Source: Williopsis jadinii (taxonomy: Eukaryota). Taken from it: a DNA stretch of 64,000 bases. The translations under genes and the position numbers were made by a program. Below, piece by piece: positions 30,907-42,231 of the stretch. The notes under the pieces were generated by a model that was not told the origin of the DNA, made no database searches, and was given only the letters and a program-made list of their open reading frames with translations. Each line of letters opens with the position of its first letter. Position 1 is the stretch's first letter. The stretch lies in NCBI GenBank assembly GCA_024346625.1, contig AP024664.1, positions 4,030,001 to 4,094,000 on the forward strand. Reading direction: 5' to 3'.

Positions 30907-33339
30907 ATGCTGCCGATCCTCGTACCACCGGTTCTGTTTGTTGTCTCCTCGGTCTGTGCGCTTGAGAGTGGGATCGTTGGGTCGTACAACAAGGCCATCA
31001 AGGAGTCGTTGCTATGGGGAGCGTATCGGCCAAATGCATACGTGGGTATTAGACCACGTCTGCCACACTCGCTGATCAGTGGCCTGTTCTGGTTCAATGC
31101 TGATGATATGAACAGCATGAACTCCATCAGACACTACTGTGATCAAAATTTGGACTTCCAGGGTTTCGGGTGGGAGCATTATGACCCGAGATTCGGAGGT
31201 TGTCAGATTATGAGGGATAACGAACTGGGTATCGACATCTCTACTGATTTCGTCAAGACTGACGATGGAAACTGGGCTCTGAGGGTTAGAGGAACACCAA
31301 GGAAGGGCTATGAGACCAATACGATATCTATCATCTACTATACTTCACTGGAAGGCCCAAGTTCAATGCTGGCGTCTGCTACTGGGTATAAGGATGAAGG
31401 GTTCCCACCTGGACAATCCATCAAGCTCTTTGGACAGTCGATGGAACTCGGAGGGTTCGACCTGGATATCACAGATGGCCCTTCGACTAATGTACACAAG
31501 AGAATCAAGAAAAGCCAAATGTTGGAACCGGACATGAACCCAAGAATGACACACTACATGTCTCTTAACGTCCCTGATGATAATGCATGGAAAGTGACAG
31601 ATATATACGGTGTCCTGCTACAGGATTCCATAAAGCAACTTGCTGAGAAGCACCATCAGACGAGTCGCACACCAGATCCATCTTCTCTTTTCACTCTGAG
31701 AAATTTGAACCATTTCGAAGGAAACCTTCACATGGTTCAGAAATTCTTCACTGGTGAATTTGAATTCGACATAATCTACAACAGTGGTAACGCTGAGAAT
31801 AAGATCACACCTGAGTCGATTCCAGGTCTGATCAAAGAAACAAGAAAGAAATTTGATGACAAGTTTGAAACAGCTTTTGACATTCAAGAACCTTTTAACT
31901 CTGATACGAAGTATACTACTTTTGCTAAGGAGACATTTGCAAATTTGCTCGGTGGTATTGGATACTACTACGGTGACCACCTGGTTGATCGTCATTCTGA
32001 GCTGAATGAAGAGACATATGACCAGATCAAGTTGGATGGTACGCTAGAAGGTCCGTTTGAACTGTTTACTTCCTGTCCAAGCAGAACCTTCTTCCCACGT
32101 GGATTTTACTGGGATGAAGGTTTCCATCTGATTCCAATGCTTGACTATGACGTTGATATCACTCTAGAAATCTTGAAAAGTTGGTTTGATCTGATAGATG
32201 ACGACGGATGGATCGCAAGAGAGCAGATCTTAGGACCAGAAGCCAGATCAAAAGTCCCTGAAGAGTTCCAAGTCCAAAGTCCAAAGATTGCAAACCCTCC
32301 AACCATGATGCTTGTATTTGCTAAACTACTCTCAAAGGCTAAGGAAGCACAAGACTCTAGAGGATTTGATAGTGGCTTGGAAGAACCTGAGCAAGTGTTG
32401 GAATACGGAGACTTGGACTTCAAAGACATTTCTGATGCGCATATTAAATACCCAGAGTTGTTGTTGGATTATTCTGAACATATTTATCCAAAATTACAAC
32501 TTCACTACAACTGGTTCCGAAAGACACAGAAGGGTGAACTGGACGAGTTTGACCGTAAACCTTACTCCAATATAGAGGCTTATAGATGGAGTGGTCGCAG
32601 CTACACTCATTGCTTACCATCCGGCCTTGATGACTACCCTAGGGCGCCGGTGCCAGACCTTGCTGAGCTGAACGTTGATCTAATCAGTTGGATGGGTATA
32701 ATGACAAGGGCCATGAAGGAAATTGCACAGCTATTGGGAAAGAGTGAAGATGCTGCTAGATATCAAAAGATTGAGCATGACATTCAACAGAATATTGAGG
32801 ATTTACACTGGTCCGAAGATGACAAGGCATACTGTGACGTTTCTGTCAATAAGCACGATGACGATGCATTCTTTTGTGTCAAAGGTTATGTCTCCCTCTT
32901 CCCATTCCTTTTGAAACAGATGGCGCCTGAAAATCCTCATTTGAAAGATATCTTGGAACTGATATCGGACCCAGAACAGTTGTTCTCTCCTTATGGAATT
33001 AGATCGCTCTCTAAAGAGGACCCTCTCTACAAGACTGGTGAGAACTACTGGAGATCTCCAATTTGGTACAATATCAACTATCTGGTTCTTGATGCGCTTC
33101 GCTATTACGCTACAGGTGAAAATGGCTCTAAACTTGACGAATCAACAAGACAGTTGGCTAATGAAACGTACACTCAGTTAAGAATCAACCTCGTGGACAA
33201 CTGCTTGGATAACTGGAGCAAGACGGGCTATCTTTTCGAACAGTACGATGATGTCATCGGATCTGGACAACGCTCAAAGCATTTTACTGGATGGACTGCT
33301 TTAGTCGTTTCCATGATGAAGATGCCCCCAACTTTGTGA
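30907..33339 (+). CDS. CWH41: Mannosyl-oligosaccharide glucosidase I (GH63)
   Basis: SLLWGAYRPN, PSRTFFPRGFYWDEGFH, SGLDDYPRA, YWRSPIWYNINY, HFTGWT. Confidence 0.96.
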   Translation: MLPILVPPVLFVVSSVCALESGIVGSYNKAIKESLLWGAYRPNAYVGIRPRLPHSLISGLFWFNADDMNSMNSIRHYCDQNLDFQGFGWEHYDPRFGGCQIMRDNELGIDISTDFVKTDDGNWALRVRGTPRKGYETNTISIIYYTSLEGPSSMLASATGYKDEGFPPGQSIKLFGQSMELGGFDLDITDGPSTNVHKRIKKSQMLEPDMNPRMTHYMSLNVPDDNAWKVTDIYGVLLQDSIKQLAEKHHQTSRTPDPSSLFTLRNLNHFEGNLHMVQKFFTGEFEFDIIYNSGNAENKITPESIPGLIKETRKKFDDKFETAFDIQEPFNSDTKYTTFAKETFANLLGGIGYYYGDHLVDRHSELNEETYDQIKLDGTLEGPFELFTSCPSRTFFPRGFYWDEGFHLIPMLDYDVDITLEILKSWFDLIDDDGWIAREQILGPEARSKVPEEFQVQSPKIANPPTMMLVFAKLLSKAKEAQDSRGFDSGLEEPEQVLEYGDLDFKDISDAHIKYPELLLDYSEHIYPKLQLHYNWFRKTQKGELDEFDRKPYSNIEAYRWSGRSYTHCLPSGLDDYPRAPVPDLAELNVDLISWMGIMTRAMKEIAQLLGKSEDAARYQKIEHDIQQNIEDLHWSEDDKAYCDVSVNKHDDDAFFCVKGYVSLFPFLLKQMAPENPHLKDILELISDPEQLFSPYGIRSLSKEDPLYKTGENYWRSPIWYNINYLVLDALRYYATGENGSKLDESTRQLANETYTQLRINLVDNCLDNWSKTGYLFEQYDDVIGSGQRSKHFTGWTALVVSMMKMPPTL

Positions 33340-35769
33340 TTCTTCAAAGCCTACTTTACCCTTTATATTGCCAAAGAGAACACAGACAAATAACTGTTAT
33401 GACTTCAGAACGAGCTCTTATGGAGCACCAGAGTAGCTAAGGTAGGCCATGTCATAACAAACTGTTTAGCATATAACCTTCTCACTGGTTACACTACTTC
33501 CATATTTGAAAAATTGCTTCGCATACATAACATCAATCATAGGTTGAACAATTACATAGAAAGTATATGGTCCTTTTATGAGTGGATCTAATGATCTTAA
33601 TTGTGAGTAATGAAAAGGTCTCAGTATGTTTGGAATAGCAAACTATGAGATATTGCTCTAACATTGACGACTTGGGTAGACTGTTGGTTATGGTGCAGTA
33701 TATAAACATCCGAACACCCAACATGATCATAGGCGTACTTCATTGAGGGTAGGTTGTTCAATATTCATGGTGAAGAAGAAGTTTTGACGGGCTAATACGT
33801 ACTCAAACCACTTAATATATACATGAGATCTCTTTCTTGGATATTATTAACATAGTGCTTGATGATTTTTTCGAGAAAATTATAAAAACAGATAAATCTA
33901 TTTTCTTCCAGGAAAATTAATTAGATAAAGAACTAACAATCTAACGTGGAAATTAATTATATTTATGTAAATATTCTGACTAGATTATTTTGATATCTGA
34001 TAAGCTTGAACAGCTACACTGAGTAGCGCTGTACATAGTCCATCATATAGTTTGATGTGGGTTGTTAGTGCCTGTAATAAAGGAAGTTTTATAGTTATAA
34101 TCAACTGTTTTAACCGACGTTGTAGAGTATAGAACAATCAGAATTGACATCTCGAATCGAAGCACTTGAAATGAGAACTGGCGTAGCAGTCATTCGATTC
34201 AATGTTAGCTTATATTGGTGCTATCGGGAAGCTTTTTATAGCTCATGTGTGAGAATGGTTTGATTAAAGCTATCTCAGTAGTGTTGGGGTCCGCAAGGTG
34301 CAATTAATACAGCTATTCAATATAACTTTATTCCAGTGCTTTCGAGTGCTTTGTTATTCCTCAAATGACAATAAACGGCATAAATGTTCCGAAATATCTA
34401 CTTCAAACCTTTAGGTATGTTCCAATTCACATGGTGCCGTCCTCAGTTGCTTTCAAGTGGCTGAGATGAGATTTACGGACCCACAAGCACGTTCATCAAT
34501 CACTACAACGAAATATCGTACAGCTAATGACCTCATATTAGAGGGAGAGTTCATTGTCAAGACTGAAACCATTCAGCCAGCCCTTGACAGTTTCAGTGAT
34601 GAAATCACCTAGCAGATCGATGGATCTAGATTTGTTACATATGTTTATCAATTATTTGAGCTAATCATCAGACGTACTTCACTCATATGCCCAAAGCTGG
34701 CATGCCAGCTACCGACAACACAGTTACATCCAACAGGCCACAGCAAATCACCAGGTGAGTAGGATGCAAAATCAAAGTACATATCATCCCCCTTTTGCAA
34801 TCCACCATGTGTCGTCACCAGCAATTCCTGTAATGAGTGCATTTCAGAGCCCAAAGAAGTCCCATCATCAAGCCACGTTACCCCTATACACTTTTCAACA
34901 GCCAAAGAGTCAGCTTACAGAATACTCAAGTAGCATGATCGTGGGAGAGGATCTCATCGGCAAAACAGCCCCCATGCTACTTGTTTTTGGGGCTTTGAAC
35001 TGTCATAGGTACCAGAATGATCCAACTTCTTGAAATTAGCACAGCGACAAAAGCCGCTATGTCTGCAATATTTGAGACAGCTTCACAGGCAATTTCCAAG
35101 TTGGTGTAGAAAAGCTATGTCAGCTAATATACGTTTGCCTGGGTCTGCGTCATCCTTCTGATTTGACATGGAGTATGCTGTATGGAACCATATCGAGTGA
35201 TGTTGATTAGGTGCTGGTTGCTCCCCCGATCAGGAAGTCCAAGCTGCAGCTTGACGCAGTTAAACCCGCCTCGAAATTGCAGACACCGATGTCGCCATGA
35301 TCTTGGATAAGCACAAAGTTCCACCCTAATATCATCGGCTTGTACAAGGCTTCTGATTCGTACTGAGGTGGTTCTATGCTTTTTGGACTAAGGCAGGCCA
35401 CCGCTGATGTAGAAGGGTCTCATGATCTTGTTTCATACACCGAATGATGCGTGAGGATGACCTGTAGTAGATGGTGGAATATACGAGGGATGACGAAAAA
35501 AAGGACAGGAAAACAAACACGCAAAATGCGTAATCATAATTTCAAGTTCTGAGAGCAAGCTAAATGGGCGCACATATTGTTGTTTGCTATTTCATCCAAT
35601 AGGTGTGGTGCTAGTTTTTATCTTCAGCTAGAGCTTTCTGCTCCTTTCCCAATCAGGCTGTCCCGTTCCCCGATTAGTGCAAGCTTGGGAGAAATATACC
35701 AACCTAGACTTTCGGAGTACATGAATATACATCAGGACGCATAAGCAGGCATGATATCATGCATAGTCT

Positions 35770-35785
35770 TTACCTAATTGGGAAA
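35770..35785. promoter_or_regulatory. Mcm1 (MADS-box) site upstream of SCW11
   Basis: TTACCTAATTGGGAAA matches the Mcm1/ECB consensus; Ace2/Swi5-type ACCAGC at 35924-35929; TATA-like element near 35977. Confidence 0.6.
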
Positions 35786-36194
35786 TAACCACCAACTTTG
35801 CATCAGGGAAAAAACTTCAGATGTACACTGTTGTACGATAATACTCTTGACCCTAGGATCTGTATTTATGACTCTATAGGGCAAGAAACCATCTAAGGGA
35901 TGTTGAAGCAGTGTTAACCGCAAACCAGCCTTTTTTTTAGACAAGCCGATGAAACCAACCACATTTAGTGTAGATTTATATATAAGGAACCGCCTTATCC
36001 CAGATTAACTTCAGTTTTCGAGACCTACATATTCTACACAGCTAGAGTTACTTCCATTCCTTAGGTTACTTCCTATTCTTTCAAGGCACATCCGAGACAC
36101 ACCTGAGACACATCCGAGACACACCTGCTTTTTGTTTTAGAGGATTACTTTCGTTTCATATTTCCCTCTTTTCACTATCCCCTCTCTAACAAAG

Positions 36195-37754
36195 ATGCAA
36201 TTCATTCATTATTTTGTTGGTCTCTGCGCCATTCACATGGCACTTGCAGCTCCAATTGTTGTCACAAGGGTCCATACAGCTGATGCCGTCACTGTCACTG
36301 AGACATATGATACGACTACAAATACTCATACTGCGCCAACAGTTGAGATTCTTGTTAGTGATGGCGTCTCTTACACGTTCACCCTTGATACACCAGAGAG
36401 AACTTTCTCTACAGCACAAACTGCCACCACAACAAACACAGTCACCACTTTGACACCATCCACTACATCTACTAATGCTTTCACTGTTGGAACAGTAAGT
36501 AGTACCACTGCGGTTACTACTAGTGAGACTGATAATGGTGCAGCTGCCGGTGATAACGCTCAAACTACGACTCAAGCTACTACCACAGCACCACAGACCA
36601 CTGCTGCTACTAGTGAGACTGATAATGGTGCAACTGCCGGTGATAACGCTCAAACTACGACTCAAGATACTACCACAGCACCACAGACCACTGCTGCTAC
36701 TACTACTACCCAGCCAGCGACTGAGACTCAAGAGACGACAGCTCAATTGCCGGAAGATGCAACTATTTCAAGTGTCGTTAAGCCAGTTGATCCAACTAAT
36801 GCAGAAACTACTCCAGCCACCACAGCCACTCCAACCACCACAGAGACTTCTCATTACATCAGTATACCAACAGTCGTTGCTTCGATAGCTACCCCAACTG
36901 CTGGGACCACAACAACCTCTTCAACAGCGGAGGCAACTTCTACTGCAACTTCTGGAAAGCTCCCGTTGCCAAGCGCCATTGTCTATTCCCCTTACAACAA
37001 TGACAATAGTTGTAAAGATTACGCAACTGTTCTCACAGACTTGACTATGATCGCAGGAACTGGTATTAAGAGCATCCGTGTTTATGGTACTGATTGCGGA
37101 TCTATCCAAACCATCGAAAACGCAGCCGTCAATGTTGGTTTGAAGATTAACCAAGGTTTCTGGATCACATCTGACGGTGTTGATTCGATTGATGATGGGG
37201 TTACTGAGCTCATTGAGTGGGCCACCTCAAACTCATGGGACGTTTTCGACTACATCACTGTTGGTAACGAGGCTATTCTATCTGGATATGCTACAGTTGA
37301 CGAGTTGATTAGTAAAATTGCAGAAGTTAGAGCGAAATTGGAAGCTGCGGGTTACACTGGTGAAATCACTACATCTGAGCCACCTGTAACTTTCCAAAAC
37401 AACCCATCCTTGTGTAATGATGCCTCAATCGACTTTGTTGGTGTTAATCCACATCCATATTTCGACACTTATTCAAGTGCATCCACTGCTGGTACCTTCG
37501 TCAAGGGACAGGTTGAGATCGTTGCTGGATACTGTTCAAAGCCAATTGTTGTCACTGAGACTGGCTATCCATCTGCTGGTGATGTGAATGGTGGCAACGT
37601 TCCAAGTCCAGCGAATCAGAAGCTTGCACTTCAAGAGATTTTGAGTGAAATGGACAACGCTGTAACAATCTTGACGACGTTCAATGACTACTGGAAAGAT
37701 CCAGGTCAGTACGGTATCGAACAATCATTCGGGTCTATCCAGTACTGGCAATGA
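36195..37754 (+). CDS. SCW11: Secreted GH17 beta-glucanase-like cell-wall protein
   Basis: Signal peptide, Thr-rich N-half, then [33 protein letters not shown]; adjacent to CWH41 as in S. cerevisiae. Confidence 0.9.
   Translation: MQFIHYFVGLCAIHMALAAPIVVTRVHTADAVTVTETYDTTTNTHTAPTVEILVSDGVSYTFTLDTPERTFSTAQTATTTNTVTTLTPSTTSTNAFTVGTVSSTTAVTTSETDNGAAAGDNAQTTTQATTTAPQTTAATSETDNGATAGDNAQTTTQDTTTAPQTTAATTTTQPATETQETTAQLPEDATISSVVKPVDPTNAETTPATTATPTTTETSHYISIPTVVASIATPTAGTTTTSSTAEATSTATSGKLPLPSAIVYSPYNNDNSCKDYATVLTDLTMIAGTGIKSIRVYGTDCGSIQTIENAAVNVGLKINQGFWITSDGVDSIDDGVTELIEWATSNSWDVFDYITVGNEAILSGYATVDELISKIAEVRAKLEAAGYTGEITTSEPPVTFQNNPSLCNDASIDFVGVNPHPYFDTYSSASTAGTFVKGQVEIVAGYCSKPIVVTETGYPSAGDVNGGNVPSPANQKLALQEILSEMDNAVTILTTFNDYWKDPGQYGIEQSFGSIQYWQ
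36517..36700 (+). repeat. 90-bp coding tandem duplication in SCW11
   Basis: tagtgagactgataatggtg at 36521 and 36611; TSETDNGA[A/T][10 protein letters not shown][A/D][10 protein letters not shown] x2. Confidence 0.9.
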
Positions 37755-37925
37755 AATCCTCGAGTATGACTTTATTTTTGTTTTGTTTTGATTACTTTTT
37801 TTTGGAGTTAGATATTTTCAACCCTTTATAATTATTTCTTTGTATATTAATGAATAGGACATTTTTTCATAGTAAGCAAAGGAATGGTAGAGAGCTGACG
37901 TTGATTTACTCTATGTGATATTGAA

Positions 37926-38903
37926 CTATTCAAAGTCATACCAGGCGTTGTAGAAATAAACCACGGAGAATATGTAGAATGCAAACGCACCACTCAGAGT
38001 TACAGTTCTCATACTCAATCTCGAGGCTAAAAAGTGACCACCAAGCACAGCAATGGAGGAGCAGATAGCATGGCCAACAGTACCACCGAGAATAACGAGT
38101 CCATAGTCAGAACCTGCGGCCATTGCGATGGTCGAGACTTGAGAACGATCACCCCATTCAGCGAGGAAGACCATGACGAAGGTTTGGACCCATAATGGGG
38201 AAAAGATGGATGAAGAGAAGACCTTGAAAGAGTGTGCAAATGATGAGATACGAGCTTGGACCCACCCTAAATTTGTCTTTGGAGCTGGTTGAGTGGCAGG
38301 GCCGTTCTCCAACTCGCTCATCTTACGATTCAGGTCAATGACGGAGAGTTCTTCCTTGACCTCTGCAAGTTCCTCCTCAACCCCCAAATTCTTCGACATT
38401 GCCAATCCATCCTTTGTTAGTGTGTAACCAAAGACCAGAAACAAGAACGAGGCCACGAATTGAGTGACTCTTCTTGAAAGTATTGTTGGTAGAGTATGTC
38501 CCAAGATTCCAGAAAGAACAGTCATGACAGCCAGCGAAGCGATAGAAGCCGTGAAGATCACCACTCTTGAATGACGCATCGCCATCAAAGCAGAGATCAG
38601 AAAGGTCTTATCACCAATTTCAGACACCAAGATCATAGATATGGAAAGGATGAATGGGTTGACCGACTCGTTAGGGTCAGTTTTCAACTTTGGTGAGATG
38701 TTAAACCTATCCGATGGAGCCACAGAGGATGAAGCTAACGACATCACAGTTGGCGAAGAAGAGCCCATTTTGGTGGTGGAGCCTTGGACAAGGTCTCTCT
38801 TACCAATGGATAGTGCATGTGGTTTGTCACTAACAGCGGAGCCTGAAAAGAATGCTAGAGCATTGATGACACCGAGAAAGAAAATAATATAGGTAAACCT
38901 CAT
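37926..38903 (-). CDS. GDT1: Golgi Ca2+/Mn2+ transporter, UPF0016 family
   Basis: Signature motifs SEIGDKTF and AEWGDRSQ. Confidence 0.95.
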   Translation of the reverse strand: MRFTYIIFFLGVINALAFFSGSAVSDKPHALSIGKRDLVQGSTTKMGSSSPTVMSLASSSVAPSDRFNISPKLKTDPNESVNPFILSISMILVSEIGDKTFLISALMAMRHSRVVIFTASIASLAVMTVLSGILGHTLPTILSRRVTQFVASFLFLVFGYTLTKDGLAMSKNLGVEEELAEVKEELSVIDLNRKMSELENGPATQPAPKTNLGWVQARISSFAHSFKVFSSSIFSPLWVQTFVMVFLAEWGDRSQVSTIAMAAGSDYGLVILGGTVGHAICSSIAVLGGHFLASRLSMRTVTLSGAFAFYIFSVVYFYNAWYDFE

Positions 38904-39823
38904 GGCGAAGTTGATTTATTTCTTATGGCGGAAGAAGTGAAAGAAGTGAAGAAAGAAAGGAGTACGTGCTGGCAAAATTTTTCCCACTTTCCGTCGAAGA
39001 AGTGAGGAAAAAACTCACAGAAGGGAGTGTATAGATGATAGCTTAGCCGTAGATTCATCCTCCTACTTCTTCAGATCTGCTTTATGGCTCGTAGAAACGT
39101 CCAAGACGCGCGTGTCGGTGGCCCCTATGTGAGGTTTTTTATGCACAGTACCTTTTGATCCTGCGCTGACCAAAGCACATCAAACAATTCAAGAGGGTCG
39201 TTGAAAGCCACAGTTATCTTCGCATCCATGCCAGATTGGAACCTGCACGAGCTCATTAGGAATTGAAGCAACCGAAAGCTTACATTTTGACGATTTTCTA
39301 CTAGTGAAACTATCTATAAGCTGTCGTGATTGGGGCCTTTCCACAGCACTGCGTTGTTCCTGCACTTCATGCATGGCTGCTTTCAATTTCTTGGACCGTT
39401 CGGGAAAACCGTCGAGAAGTTGAGCCTTTACTACGGTTCTGGACTTGGTATTGATCGCTGGAGAGTGTGCTCCGCCATCAATTGGGGGCATTACACACAA
39501 TGGTGGGTTTAAAAATAGCTCCATCTGCCTCTGCAGGTCCCCATTGCTTGTTGTAACCATACAATGTACAAGGAGGACAGCTGTGTAGGAGGAAGTAGTG
39601 TAGTGTTCACTGGACTGTCTGGCACTTGCTGCTGCCAGCTCTTGTGTTGTGGAATGATTGAAGTGGAGGGCTGGGAAGTGAGTGGCACGCTGTTACGATT
39701 GCCTCTCTTCCTCTGAACAGATCTTTAACTGGGCTTCAACTACTCAGGGGTAACGGAGAAGATCTATAAATAATCCAGCACACATAAGATGGCTAACTAC
39801 ACAGAATTCTCAAAACAGAGTTA

Positions 39824-39897
39824 GACTTCGTGGCCAAGTTGGTTAAGGCGCACGACTGTTAATCGTGAGATCGTCAGTTCAATCCTGACCGAGGTCG
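39824..39897 (+). tRNA. tRNA-Asn (GTT)
   Basis: Cloverleaf GACTTCG...CGAGGTC-G; anticodon arm CACGA-CTGTTAA-TCGTG; GTTCAATCC T-loop; followed by a T-run Pol III terminator. Confidence 0.97.
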
Positions 39898-40060
39898 TTT
39901 TTTTTGAAACGATTTTTAATGGCACTGAGGCGGGTGCTGCCCTTACCAGAAAGATGTCCTCGGAAGCTGCTCATCGAGCAAAGCTTTCGAAGAGTCTTGA
40001 GCTAGTGACCAATGACCACGGTTGTTTTCTTTACATATAACTGGAACGGTAGAGACGACC

Positions 40061-41012
40061 ATGAGCACAACCGATGAGACAGAAGAACAGCTTGTTGCGA
40101 GACACAAGAAGGAGCAGAAGAACCTCATCGCTACTGTTACAGGGCTGAAGAAGCAGGCCACCAAGTCCAAGCGTAAAGAGGTGAACAAGAAGTGCCTAGA
40201 GATGGAGCTCGACTTAAAGGAAAGGCACGAGAAGGAGTTGAAGGTGAGTATGGCGGAACAGCGTACTGGTGTTTCATATACTGACAATCTCCGTCCCGCA
40301 ACCATAGGAACTAAGAATTAGAAACGGTGAAGAAGAAGCGGAAGAGGAGATCACGCCAGAGATGCTCTTAGCACAGGTTGAGATCGATGCAAAGGAGAGC
40401 GAGCCTAAAGCGGAGAAGAAGCCGGAGGCTGCTGAAGTACAACCGAAGCCGAAGCGTAATAGACAGAGGGAGAGATTACAGAGACGCCAGGCCGAGATTG
40501 AACAGAAGAGAGCAGAGGCAGAGGCAGAGGCTGCAGAGCAGCCTAATCTGAAAGAGATTGAACAAGAACATTTGGACACGTTGTGTACAATGAACAACCT
40601 AGTACAATTTGATATAAAGCCAGATGGTAACTGTCTGTTTGCCTCGATCGCAGATCAGTTGGAACAACGTCAAGGTATCAAGATTTCCGTACAGGAGTTG
40701 AGAACCAAGGCTGTTAACCATATCAGAGCAGATCCAAATACATTTACACCGTATCTGTTTGATGAGGAGACCATGTCGTTGAAGGACATTAACGAATATA
40801 CCGAGACCATTGAGAAGACATCCGCATGGGGGTCTGATTTGGAAATCTTAGCACTTGCAAAGGAATTCGATTGTCCAATCAGTATCATGATGAGTGGAAG
40901 TTCGACTATGAAGATAAATGAAGACGGTAATGGTGAAGAGTTAAAGTTGGTCTACTACAAGCATAGTTATTCGCTTGGTGAGCATTATAACTCGCTTCGT
41001 GATGCCAATTAG
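40061..41012 (+). CDS. OTU2: OTU-domain deubiquitinase; join(40061..40243,40308..41012)
   Basis: GTGAGT donor 40244, TACTGAC 40279-40285, TAG ending 40307; DIKPDGNCLFASIADQL and SLGEHYNSLR catalytic motifs. Confidence 0.92.
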
Positions 41013-41037
41013 AATGTGGGTATTGATAACGAAATCA

Positions 41038-41934
41038 CTAGCTTCCGATTGTGTTACCTGTTTGTACGTTAATTCCATCCATTCTCTTTTGTATGAGTTT
41101 CGCCCTAGTTCGTACGTTTTCAACTTTCAAAAAGGCACCAAACAGTCTTAGAAGCTCATCATCATCAAACTGTACCATCTGAGTGAGTATGTCTTCCTCA
41201 AGGAGATCAGAATCAACAAGCCGCGAGAGGTCTCTGTATAAAGTCCTCAAATCCTGGACTCTCTTATCCTTAAAGTACTGGTCTCTCCAATCAATCTCTG
41301 ATGGAACATTGGTCTTCGATCTCTTCAAAACTACCTGATGGCCAGCATCAGCAGCGTCAGGGAGAGGTCTTTTCACTCGGATGCCTTCTCCTTGGAACGT
41401 TTGATCGAGGCCTTGAGGATCAATGAGGCCCTGCACACTTGATCTAGTATCAACTCCAAGGGGTTCCAGCCCCCTCCAAGGCCTTGTCGGATCGAGAACA
41501 ATATCCCTAAGCCACATGTATCGAAGGTCGACGTTCCCTCTGAGGCTCTTCAGACACCGAGAGCGGAACTTAATCCTATAGCACTTGGTCTTGCACAGCA
41601 ATGGCATGTACTCGTCCCAGCTCTTCTCCACGATCGCGACACATTCAGGCTTTATGCTGTAGTAGTTATCAGGATCCAGCCACTCCTGCAACGCCAAGTA
41701 CTTAAACATGGGCAGCCATGCCAGCAAGATCTCCTTTCTCTTCCCCAGGTTCTCCTCCGTGAAGGCATCCGGACACTGCTCACTCATCTTGTTCAAGATC
41801 GTTGCGAGCTCTTCTCGCACGTTCCTGGTCAATACGCTCGTCTTGGTGTCCAGCGCATGCTGGTGCAACAGGGACGCAAACGTTGCACTCGCAGTATCTG
41901 TCCATATCCCGTTCTTCAAGCTCGAGGCACACAT
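41038..41934 (-). CDS. Uncharacterised 298-aa protein with possible N-terminal Myb/SANT-like domain
   Basis: First ATG 41934; long ORF in an otherwise free gap; WT...FT..NL..R...L...F..L...W.EY spacing; domain call is inference. Confidence 0.6.
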   Translation of the reverse strand: MCASSLKNGIWTDTASATFASLLHQHALDTKTSVLTRNVREELATILNKMSEQCPDAFTEENLGKRKEILLAWLPMFKYLALQEWLDPDNYYSIKPECVAIVEKSWDEYMPLLCKTKCYRIKFRSRCLKSLRGNVDLRYMWLRDIVLDPTRPWRGLEPLGVDTRSSVQGLIDPQGLDQTFQGEGIRVKRPLPDAADAGHQVVLKRSKTNVPSEIDWRDQYFKDKRVQDLRTLYRDLSRLVDSDLLEEDILTQMVQFDDDELLRLFGAFLKVENVRTRAKLIQKRMDGINVQTGNTIGS

Positions 41935-42231
41935 TTCCCTCCTAGCTTGCTGTTCTTCTTGGTGAACCTCCAAAGGGAATAAACAGCTAGAGAGAAGGAG
42001 ACATATCACAACACGGGAAAATGCCCCAGCTTGTGAGAGATAAACAACGGAGGTGTCTGGGTTAACCCGCACACAAGTGCACACCACTTTTTTAGGTTCG
42101 CTTCCTCGCGCTCGTAACCACAGTAACGACGTAGACCGAAAAATGGTCTCGAGAGAGCCCGAGAAAGCTCATCGAGACATAAATGAAGCAGCCGAAGGAA
42201 GACGAAGAAGAGGACAACTGACCAGCCAGCA

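Noticed and set aside
34590..34672. Possible C/D snoRNA on the minus strand (CTGATGA...CTGA)
   Set aside because: Imperfect box C and no rRNA complementarity that I could recognise
39189..39560. 123-aa minus-strand ORF upstream of GDT1
   Set aside because: ATG-initiated but with no recognisable family or other support
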